DNA of 64,000 bases, from the NCBI GenBank assembly GCA_002633005.1, contig NMRA01000299.1, forward strand, positions 124,001 to 188,000, given 5' to 3'. How positions within the stretch are numbered: position 1 is the first letter of the stretch; each line of letters begins with the position of its first letter. The notes under the pieces were generated by a model. The model was not told where the DNA came from. It saw nothing but the letters and a program-made list of their open reading frames with translations, and searched no databases. This stretch comes from Phoronis australis (Eukaryota > Animalia > Phoronida). Shown here piece after piece: positions 1 through 11,000 of this stretch. A program made the position numbers and the translations under genes.

Positions 1-2368
1 TTTAAATATTCAGTGGACCCCGCGACACTGGTCGGACTCACCAACAGCAGTGTTAGACATCTCAACAAACCTTTGCATGGAAACACTTTTGATGACTCTT
101 ATTTGTTGTTGTTAGTGCATTTCTCACTTAGACAAATATTATTGCTTATTTTTGGTGCATTTCTCAATGTCACCAGTCAATCAAGATTGAGATCATCTCC
201 ATTGCATTATAAGGAGTTTTGTTGGCAGCATCAGCATTCCATCTGAGGTGCATACCTCCTCTGAAAACCTGCCAAGCCATTCGCAACTCTACTTAGGTAG
301 CGGGAGTGCGCGATGTTCGAGGTTTCGGGGGAGTAATTCCGGGACTTGGGACAGCTAGTGATGTCACTGGGTAAAGTTCAACAATGTCTTGTGGCGAAAA
401 AATCTAGCCAAAATCACCTGATCTCACGGAAAACACCCGGTAATATCTCGCGTAATCTCGCAGTCTTGTAAACCTAGCATGGTCCTTACGTTATTGAACT
501 CTACCCTGGTTTTCGTTACCGATTAACATGCACATTCTGCATACTTAGTAATGTCATCTGTCACAGAAAGGAATGGAAAGATTGCTTAAGGATTATTTTA
601 CAAACCGAGACTCCGCACTCGGCATAACGAACTGCAGGTTGCACTGGCGACCTGAAATTTGGAAATGCGAGCCGAGATTATAGACGTCTGGTACCTGCCA
701 CCGAGAAATTCCAACCTACGCGAGCCGTTTTTTGGGGGGTAAAATAGATAGGCCTACCTGGCAAACATAGAGCAACTCGAAAAACACTTTATTTTACAAG
801 CAATATGTACAGATTATCCTATTATAATATCACCTACGGCAATATTGCACTGTGGCACTGGTCGGTCCCACTGTTTGCGCACAATACGCCGTCACTAGAC
901 TTGGAAATGCCGTCAAGTAATTTAGCAGCCTCTTTCAATATGGGTCTTGTTTTATGTGAAAAAAGACAATGGTTGGATTCAGCACGCGCGTACGTATGAG
1001 TCACCTGTCAATCACATATGTTGTTGTCAAGATAACATGCACTCCAGAGTGTGGGAAGTTACACACGTGCAGCACTTCAGAGATCGCACATCAAAAGAGA
1101 ACAGCGACAGCCCTACGTTAAGGAGTACACCAGCGCGACTTTGTATTTTTAATCTATTGTTACAAAAAACCCAGTGTTTTACGATATTCCTCCATTCCAA
1201 TGACCCAAAACTACGATGTCAAGTCTGTTCCAATATTTCCTGGTTCGATGATCCCTGGACCCGATGTTCCATGCCCATAGCTAGCTGCGTGCACGTCATT
1301 ACCACTGCCGCCAATTTTCAATCAGTTACGTCGTAGATGTCTCAGACTTGAATGGTAAGAATTTTGTTCAGGTTGAAACTGCCCAATGTAGAAACAAAAC
1401 TATTCGGGAAGCTAAAAGGCTAGGTGGATACGATAATTCACAGTTACGCCTGTCGCAAGAAATCGTACTATAAAGAACCGCCAGCGACTTTGGCGGAATT
1501 TGCTAACGCCAACTTGTCTTAGATGCAATGAGTGAAAAACAAAATTTGACTTACAGTTTTTTATTTCTTCAAGACGATACACAAACATCCAGTAACGTAT
1601 TGCCAGCCTTTGAATTCAGAAATCGAGAGACAGCAAATCGGTCAGTGAGGTACACTGTCCGTTCGGTCGCTACACATCCTCAATAACCTGGCAATTACAC
1701 TCATCAAAATAGGGAGAATTTGACATCTTTCCGTGAGTTATGGAAATTCTTCAAAATACCTGAGCTTCCTATCAAAAGCGAATTTGGCAAAACCACTGTC
1801 ACATTTCTCTGGCCCGATTTTTTTATGTAGTGCACTTCAGACAGAAACTCAGCGCACCGCGTCGCTAAAAGTAGAGGCATTGAAGCCGCCGGGGTTCTTA
1901 AACTTTTTGAACATGGGAAGAAAATAAAGTGACAAAACGTTCAAGAATTATATTCTGAAGTAAATCCGTGACCCGAGACAAGAATTCAATACTTGTACTA
2001 TAATTCACATTGCCAAACCACCGGCTCGGAGGCCATCGTTGCACTCTAATTGTGATCATCGATCTAAAAGTCGAGGAATTGCGTGTTTGCGTAGCACCGG
2101 GCGCTAAACCTTCAATCTTTAAAAGTCGGGGATGGGAGCTTAACTGGAAATCTTCAAAAATCGCAGATGGGCGGTTAACCAAGCAGTGGGCGATTAAATC
2201 GAAAATCCACCTAAAGTAGGGGGTGGGTGGTTCACTGATTATGGGCGTTAACCCGAACATTTACAGTAGTTAGCCTAAGTTGAAGTGTATCTGTATCATA
2301 CTTAAATGATAAATAAATACACAAAACGTACCGAGAGAGGCGTACATGAAGTAATATCCCACGAGACA

Positions 2369-3410
2369 TCATTCCGCGTATCGACCGAGACCGAAGGCAA
2401 CATTGCTCTCACTTTTAATGTATTCCAATCTGAAGCAAAACGGTTGCAAGGACATGGCCCACCTCATAATCATCTGATTAGTAAATTTGGCTTTGTGCAG
2501 AAACGAGTGACGACGGTCCGTCTGCAGCAAAAATTCTTTCCCATAAAGGTAGACTCTAAACTTATTGATTGCCCAACAGATTGCCACGCACTCGCGATCC
2601 ATAACCGAATACCTCTGTTCCCCTTCACTTAATTTCTTAGTAGCTTAACCTACAGGACATAATGCTCCTTCCTGCATCTGCATTAAGTAAGCACGCATAC
2701 CAACGTCTGAAGCGTCTGTTTGCAAATAAAAGATTTCCTCTGGCCTTTTGCACAGCTCATGCAACTGCTTTAGCTTGTTTTTCACCCCATTTCAGTTTAT
2801 CAGGTTTACCCTTCTTAGTTAGTTCAGTTAACGGAAGAACCTTGTCGGAATAATCCTTAATAAATTTTCGATAATAATTGATCAGTCCCAAAAATGAACA
2901 AAGTTGACACTTGGTTTTTGGAATCGCAGCGGCTTTTATTTTTCTAGTTTTGTCCGTTTGCGTCATGAGAAACCCATCTTTAAGACGATGTCCAGTACAT
3001 TCAATATCAGAATACCCAAGAAAACACTTTGACGGTTTTGCGGTTAGGTTGGCTTTACGAACCTTGTTAAACAAAACTTTCATTTGGTTCATGTGGTGAT
3101 CCCAATTTGACGTGTGAAGCAAAACGTCATCAACGAAATTGTCAACATTTGACATATCTCCCAACAATTTTCTCACCATTTTATTGTAGGTAGTCCCACT
3201 GTTCACTAACCCAAATGGCATCTTGATATACTGATAATGACCAAAGGGTGCCATGAATACTGTGATTTCTTTGGAAGTGTCTTCTATAGGAACCTGCCAA
3301 TTTAATCTTAGCAAAAATCGATTTTGCTGAAAAATCTGTCACTTGCGCATTTTATGAAGATAGTCTTGGGCCAGGCATTCCTTCACAATCAAATTTAATG
3401 AATTTGTTAT
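2369..3410 (-). mobile_element. Degenerate Ty3/Gypsy pol fragment (RT + RNase H)
   Basis: YQYIKMPFGLVNS, NFVDDVL, KPSKC, FLGLINYYRKFI, then ECVAICWAINKFRVYLYGKEFLLQTD...MRWAMSLQPF; frameshifted and truncated. Confidence 0.92.
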
Positions 3411-3414
3411 TCAA

Positions 3415-4590
3415 CAGGAAGGCCACTTATCTACCAGCCTTATTACTGACCACATGTGGACACAGCCAAACCCACAGCGAATTGGTACATTCCGAAACAA
3501 TAGATTGTCGTAACTTCGGTTGTAGTTGGGCGACTCTGGCGATACAAAAACTAAACATGATCAGCATTTGACGAGCAACTTAGAAATGTTATTGGTGTAT
3601 GTTCAAATATTTTATAACTTTTAGTTTTAACAGCCCAGTCAGGCTAGATATTAGCCAGCCAACTAACTGTAGGAAGACAATCGTCAAAATACAGCACCAC
3701 TGTGTGTTTTTCTTCCACATACCCCAAAATTGCACACAGCCAAGGTAGTTCTGTTCTTCAACTCGCCGTGAAACCAGTATCAGCATCTAGAGCTAAAGAC
3801 CAGACAGGTTGCATGCAAAATCTGGGAGTCAACCGACACTCACCTTGCCTGTTACAACCGTTCAAGTGAAAAACAATGCAACAAACGTCATTTTCTTTAG
3901 TAATCCTCCGCTTTTTCTAACAAAGAAAAGTTATGTCATCGTTTTGAAAACAATACGCTCATGACACGCGCACGCGCCATTTCCTAAATTTTTGCGACAT
4001 CTATCGGGAGATAATGATAGCTTGAAAGCAGCAAAATTTCTTCTGAAATTCGGTTTTTCGGTATCAAAATTCTAAAAACTTTTAATGAAGTGAAACCATT
4101 TCCTATAATTTGTTGTGACGTGTAAGCAACCTCGTGAAAGAAGAACAGTTGATTGAAGTTTCGGCGAAAAAAAGAAACTGGCCAATACGTGACGCAATAC
4201 TTCATGGCGCCGAAAGCCGTAGCCAAAGATCGCTCCGCAATTTTAGCAGCAGAATAACGGTAGAACGCCATTTTTTTCCAATACCGTAAAATAATTTAGT
4301 TTACTCAAGGAAGACTAGTTTTTAATGACACTAATTTTGTGTCAGATTTTATCTTACCACTTTTTTACTCACATCAGCGCAAAGATGATTTAGTATACAG
4401 CTTTGTACCAAGGCTAGCTAGATATGATCTTATTGAAGGTTAGAGCAATTATCGAACAAAAGAGAGCTGGCCCTCCAACCATAAATGCCAATGGAGTTAA
4501 TCAGTCTACAGGGGTCATCTTCCCAACTTGTTGTTAGGATATAGAATCAAACAAGTTGGGATCGATGGGAAAACGTCGTAATGTTCAGCA
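3415..4590 (+). repeat. Interspersed repeat family A (about 500 bp), copy interrupted by a 765-bp insertion
   Basis: Colinear with 43072-43505 and 60315-60810 (gaccacatgtg...agcgaattggtac...aactaaacatgatcagcatttgacgag). Confidence 0.85.
3652..4416. mobile_element. Non-autonomous DNA transposon, TAGCC...GGCTA ends, 9-bp TSD GCTAGATAT
   Basis: TSD at 3643-3651 and 4417-4425; the empty site is visible in the family A copy at about 60625; inverted second copy at 10300-11070. Confidence 0.85.
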
Positions 4591-4628
4591 TTGTCATGTT
4601 TTTCCCCCTGTTTGGGTGGGCGCAGGTT

Positions 4629-5165
4629 GTTACAGACCGGTGCTAATAGCTTTCGGTACGACGACTGACTGAAGACTGGTTCGAGTTAATCCTTTATTAA
4701 TCCCTACCGTACGTTCACAAGCCTACTCAAACAAAACATCCAACGTAATGTCTGTTTATGCTCCAGCCAGTGCTGCGAAGCCTTGACTTGTGATGAACTT
4801 CTGAGACACATTCAGCAACTGTTACACTCGTCGATTCAATAACCTGCTGTATCTATAGCTGGCTCTCTATTGACTATCGCTGTAACTGCTGATTCTCTTC
4901 ACTGCAACTCAACTGTAATTCTCCTGATTAACTTTCTTGAACTGACTTGATCTGAACAACACAAACCCGTGCTTGTGTATTTATAACCTAATGCATTGTT
5001 CTGGAACTTTTCATCAATTCAAGCACATTCTAGAACTTTCCTGAATCTACCCAATCATTCTACAAACTAGTCTCTAGAATATTCCAGACTGCATTAATCA
5101 CTGTCATGCTAGAGTCTTCTAGAAAGTTCCACACAATACTGCAGTAAACAAATTACATCATCACT
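4629..5165 (-). mobile_element. Solo-LTR-like repeat
   Basis: Reverse complement of 33445-33921; TG...CA-type ends, TATA and AATAAA on the minus strand. Confidence 0.6.
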
Positions 5166-5202
5166 ACTGAACTTAGTCTACTAGAAAGTTCCATACTAAT
5201 CT

Positions 5203-5469
5203 GTTGGTGAGTTTAGTCTTAGGCATTGTTTTGGTTGTGTCATTGAATTGAACACCATTTCATTGACCTAATACTTTCTCCCTACAACTAAGTCCCTTAT
5301 TTATTATCATATCCCTGGTAGGCTATTTATTAATTTATTTATTTATTACGTCCCGTGTAGTTGGTGAGTTTAGGCTTAGGTAGTGTTTTGGTTATGTCAT
5401 TGGACACCATTTCATAATGACCTAATACTTTCTCCCTACAACTAATTCCCCTATTTATTATCCTATCCC
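5203..5469. repeat. Diverged direct duplication of about 110 bp (5203-5314 / 5360-5469)
   Basis: gttggtgagtttag...gacctaatactttctccctacaactaa...tatccc occurs twice. Confidence 0.8.
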
Positions 5470-6005
5470 AAGTGCGTGGTTAACCTGGGTGTGGTACTTT
5501 CATGTCTGTCCATGTCTGTCCCAGTTGCCAGGAGGCCTATGTTTAGTGGAGGGTCAGTCACATTTCTCTGTGAACCTATCCAATTTAGGTCTGTGTCCAA
5601 GGCGTTCCCTTCGGGTTGGAATATGTCTGCCCAACCTCCACCCGAAGCACGTCAAAATGTAATATTCTAGTAGCAATGAAGGGTAGCATGCGTGTATCAT
5701 GGTAGTACAGGGTTTATTTTGAGAACTTCACTAGAAATGCACATGTCCTATACCCTTTTGCAGCTACAAGTCTGGGGAGTCTCCCTAGCGAGAACTTTTT
5801 CCGTTACGTGACTGCTCTCCCGCCCTGGGGGGTGGGTTGGGATCCTGCTAGGTTTTCTCTTTATGAGTTACTTCATGTGTTTGGGATGTGCTGGCATTCT
5901 CAACTCTTTTAATTTTGGTACTTCTATATTTAACCGTTATTCTCTGCTTCTAGGGGAATTGTCCTTGCCATTCTAACACTCTTGGTCTACTTAGCAATGG
6001 CTTTA

Positions 6006-7950
6006 TTTTCGGTAAGGGGGGAGATATGGTTACATTTTTGGGAAGTTTTACGTATCTGGCGAATGATGTTGATTCCCAGGTGGGCCCCACACTTTTTTAG
6101 GGAGGAGGGGAATGTTGTAATTGTCAACATCATTCGTCCTTTATCTTTCTGTGGTGTCTTGTGATTTGTCAGTTTTATAGTTCCCGGATGCTTCTTTTAT
6201 TTATACTGCTGGCAGTCTTTCAGCAAGCAATCAGGATGTCAGGGATGGGCACTTGGATTGGGTTTTACTGAAGCTTGAATAACTGTGTTTTAACTGGTGA
6301 GTACTAGAATCTAGAGGCCTAGCTAGTGAACCAGCAGTAATGCAACAAGCATTTCCAAATATTTTAAGTTGGAGAGGACTGAATAAAAATTCCATTAAAA
6401 AGGGGTTTAACGCTGCTTTTAGTGTGAGCAGAATACAGTCATTTTTTATGAACCTGGATGGTCGAGGAAACTGAAACCTAAAAATCAGTATTGCAAGTCA
6501 AAGACACATTTGTAAAATTAAACAATTATTATTCCTCGAATGATATTAAATGTTAAGAAAGAAATGTCATCATTTCAATAACTCACCTGACTGGTGCCGC
6601 ACTGTGGACACTAAACTCCTTTTAATCGATCCTCACAACAAAAACTCGCAAAAAGTCCAAAGCAAAACAAGTCACGGGAAGTCTTCAGCTGAAAAACCTT
6701 GACCTCTTTTGTTTATGTGTTTCCGCTTTTTAGCAGTTAAAGAAGAAGATTTGTGATTGGTTCAACGATAAAAAGTCATCTCTGTTGCTGTTGCCGTTTC
6801 TCGAAATTTCTGATATTACAATCAGATAATTTGTTAAGAAATATTTTCAAATACAATTTCATTTTTATAAATCATGTCAAAGACTGCATCTTTCCTTGTA
6901 GAAACGAAATCAACCCAATAACAAGAAACGAGAGACCTCAACATTGTCCAATCAAAATTGGCTTTTCAGGGGTCTGTTNTTTTCGGTAAGGGGGGATATG
7001 GTTACATTTTTGGAAGTTTTTCGTATCTGGCGAATGATGTTGATTCCCAGGTGGGCCCCACACTTTTTTAGGGAGGAGGGGAATGTTGTAATTGTCAACA
7101 TCATTCGTCCTTTATCTTTCTGTGGTGTCTTGTGATTTGTCAGTTTTATGGTTCTCCGGATGCTTCTTTTATTTATACTGCTGGCAGTCTTTCAGCAAGC
7201 AATCAGGATGTCAGGGATGGGCACTTGGAGTGGGTTTTACTGAAGCTTGAATAACTGTGTTTTAACTGATGAGTACTAGAATCTAGAGGCCTAGCTAGTG
7301 AACCAGCAGTAATGCAACAAGCATTTCCAAATATTTTAAGTTGGAGAGGACTGAATAAAAATTCCATTAAAAGGGGGTTTAACGCTGCTTTTAGTGTGAG
7401 CAGAATACAGTCATTTTTTATGAACCTGGATGGTCGAGGAAACTGAAACCTAAAAATCAGTATTGCAAGTCAAAGACACATTTGTAAAATTAAACAATTA
7501 TTATTCCTCGAATGATATTAAATGTTAAGAAAGAAATGTCATCATTTCAATAACTCACCTGACTGGTGCCGCACTGTGGACACTAAACTCCTTTTAATCG
7601 ATCCTCACAACAAAAACTCGCAAAAAGTCCAAAGCAAAACAAGTCACGGGAAGTCTTCAGCTGAAAAACCTTGACCTCTTTTGTTTATGTGTTTCCGCTT
7701 TTTAGCAGTTAAAGAAGAAGATTTGTGATTGGTTCAACGATAAAAAGTCATCTCTGTTGCTGTTGCCGTTTCTCGAAATTTCTGATATTACAATCAGATA
7801 ATTTGTTAAGAAATATTTTCAAATACAATTTCATTTTTATAAATCATGTCAAAGACTGCATCTTTCCTTGTAGAAACGAAATCAACCCAATAACAAGAAA
7901 CGAGAGACCTCAACATTGTCCAATCAAAATTGGCTTTTCAGGGGTCTGTT
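6006..7950. repeat. Near-identical tandem duplication of about 970 bp joined at N6979 (probable assembly overlap)
   Basis: 6006-6978 versus 6980-7950 differ by only a few SNPs/indels, and the junction is an N. Confidence 0.9.
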
Positions 7951-7990
7951 GAAGGTCGTCTGCAACAACCCAGAATGCTTTAGTTTCAAG
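7720..7990. promoter_or_regulatory. Probable PPP1R2 proximal promoter, possibly bidirectional
   Basis: CCAAT boxes (ATTGG at about 7728, CCAAT at about 7887 and 7920) directly upstream of the ATG. A minus-strand splice donor (ACTCACCT, about 7553-7560) suggests a divergent non-coding first exon. Confidence 0.45.
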
Positions 7991-8064
7991 ATGGCTTCGA
8001 AGGGGAACAATATTCGAGGAATACTCAAACATTCCACGAGTTTAGAACGCCCCGAGTCTGCAGA
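7991..8064 (+). CDS. PPP1R2: PPP1R2 exon 1 (MASKGNNIRGILKHSTSLERPESA)
   Basis: ATG in a caagATGG context, GILK motif, donor GTGAGT at 8065. Confidence 0.88.
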
Positions 8065-11000
8065 GTGAGTATCTGTCTTTGCTTAATGTCTTGTATTGTA
8101 AACCTCTACGATTTCCTGACGAACCAACGTCATCAGACGTAGTAGATCTATAGTAATTTGTCGGCTACCGCAGACACGGCCAAGCAGGTTCTGCCAATTA
8201 ACGCAGTGTAGTAGGAATATTAAACACACACTTTTCCTCTGTCTTTACAAAGGACGATGGTACAGATACACCTGACATGGGCACAAGCCCCTACATCTCC
8301 ATGCATGATATAACCTTCTCTACTGACGGTATACGAAAAATGTTGCAAAACCTCAATCCTCACAAAGGCACAAAGCCGCTGGACCAGACGAAATATCTCC
8401 TCACATTCTTAAAGTAGCAGCAGGAGAAATTGTACCTGTCCTCCAAGAAATCTTTACCAAAGCCTATCAAACATCTACAGTTCCGACAGAATGGTGAACT
8501 GCAAACGTAGCACCCATCTCCAAAAAAGATGATAAAACCCTGGCTTCAAACTTACCGCCCAATATCACTCACCTGCATATGTTCCAAACTTATGGAGCAC
8601 ATAGTTGTCAGTAACATTATGCCTCATCTCGACACAAATAATATACTTTATGTCTGGCAGCATGGATTTCGTAGCCATCGATCATGTGAAACTTAACTTG
8701 TCACATTCATGGATGACCTCCTCCAAACTGTGGAAGCAAGCACTCAAACCGACGCTGTGGTGCTGGACTTCTCCAAAGCCTTTGATAAGGTTTCCCATCA
8801 TAGACTCTGGAGAAGATCAGATACTATGGTATAAGGGGTCTCACCCACAATTGGATCCAGTCATTTCTATCCCATAGAACACAGAGAGTCATCGTCGATG
8901 GCGAGTTCTCAAATTCCTCCCCAGTCCAATCAGGAGTGCCCCAGGTCTCTGTCCTTGGCCTTGCAATCTTCATACTCTACATAAACGACCTTCCTGACAC
9001 TATTATTTCTACTGTCCAGCTTTTTGCTGATGATGCAGTTCTCTACAGACCCATTGGTTCCCCCCACGATTGCCAAATTCTTCAACAAGACTTAGACTCC
9101 CTACCCTCTGGGGAAAACTCCTGGAAAATGAACTTTAATATCTCCAAATGCAATATTCTTTGTAGCCACAGAAAACGTTCCCCCATAATATACAATTACA
9201 GCCTACACAACGCTTCACTCAATTGCATTAATGAAGCCCCATACCTCAGGGTCACTCTCACCAATAATTTATCATGGAACACTCATATAGACACAAACAC
9301 CTCAAAGGCAAACAAAACTCTTGGACTCATTAAACGAAATCTCAAATATGTTCCTCAAAAAACAAAAGGCCCTTGCCTACACTTCACTTGTTAGACCAAA
9401 ATTAGAATACTCCTCCTCCGTCTAGGACCCATCCACTCGTACAAACATTGAAAAAATACAGCGTAGAGCAGCCAAGTTTGTTTTAAATTACCACTCACTC
9501 AAGGTACTCCTCCGTTTCGTCAATGCTCAAAACTCAATTGGACCACCCTCCAGGAAAGACGAGCTCAGAACAAACTATCCCTTCTGTACAAAACCGTACA
9601 TAACCTGGTTGCTATTCCTCACTCATACCTTCCACTCCTACAGACCTCCAGATCACGAAACTCCCACTCCCATACCTTTGAGAGATTATACATCCGCACT
9701 GCATATTATGCAAACTCTTTCTTGCCATCTACCATTTTACTCTGGAATAGACTCCCACAATTCGCCATCTCATCAGAAACAATAGAAATATTCACAAGTC
9801 ACATCTTGAACATCAATCTTACTCAGTAATCATTTAGACCTTTTTATCTTGGCACTAACTAGCACTTCGTTTTATCGTTATTTTTCACAGTTACGTGCAC
9901 CTAAGTTTTATACTAACAATTTGCCAACAAGTAAGGATCGATACCACGATCGTTTGTTGATTTTTGGAAGAAGAAGAAGACAAAGTAGGAGTAAAGTCTA
10001 GATTGTACTCACATAACATCCACACAGAACGGCAGCAAACTCCAGAAGGTCCAGACGATCTTGTCATGTGGTCTTGAGAAGTGACAGGTCACGTGATGAC
10101 AAGGGTGACCTCTGCTAGGCACTTCTGGCGTCAGGTGTCGCACCAGGCCAAGACCAACATTGTATAAGGAAAAGGACATCAAAACACAGAGACGCCACTG
10201 CCGAGACTGACGTTGACTTTTACTGCAGATCTATTGAAGAGTCTATGATTCATGTAGTTACAGCCACAGACGTCCTCAGGCTCAGCGTTAGGCAACACGT
10301 AGCGTTGGTACAAAGCTGTATACTAAATATACAGCTTTGTGCTGATGTTGGTAAAAAAAGGTAACATAAAATCTGGCGCAAAATTAGTGTCATTAAAAAC
10401 TACAATCTTCCTTGAGTAAACTAAACTATTCAAAAGTGATGGAAAAAATGGTGTTCTTTTGTTATTCTGTTGCTAAAGTTGTGGAGTGATCTTTATAAGC
10501 GATGGCTTTCGGCACCATGAAATATTGCGTCACCTATTGGCCAGTTTCTTTTTTCGCCGATTCTTAAATCAACTGTTCTTCTTCCACAAGGTTGTGTAGA
10601 TATAACAACAGATTATCGGAACTTGTTTCATTTAGTTACAAGCTTTTAGAATTTTGATACCGAAAAACCTAATTTCAGAAGAAATTTTGCTGCTGCTAAT
10701 TTAAGCTATCCTCATCTCCCGAGAGATGTCGCAAAAACTTAGGAAATGTTGCGTGCGTGTGTCACGAGCGTATTATTTTCAAAACAACAACTTAACTTTT
10801 CTTTGTGAGAAAAAGCAGGATTTTGCACGAAAACAACGTTTGTTGCATTGTTTTTCACTTAAACGGCTGTAACGGGCAAGGTGAGTGTCGGTTGACTCCC
10901 AAATTTTGCATGCACCCCGCCCGGTTTTTAGCTCTACATGTTGATACAAGTTTCACGACAAGTTGACGAGCAGAACTACCCTTGTGTGCAATTTTGGGGT

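Noticed and set aside
13-280. ORF 13-246 or a minus-strand coding exon near the window start
   Set aside because: No recognisable protein motif, and stops occur in the minus frame I checked.
5690-6200. Possible Penelope RT C-terminal remnant on the minus strand
   Set aside because: Only vague similarity, with no GIY-YIG or RT motif to support it.
8110-8160. CTGACGA as a hammerhead core
   Set aside because: No stem II, GAAA or stem I pairing follows.
10080-10240. Possible piggyBac C-terminal Cys-rich remnant
   Set aside because: Too degenerate; no TTAA/CCC ends or transposase motifs found.
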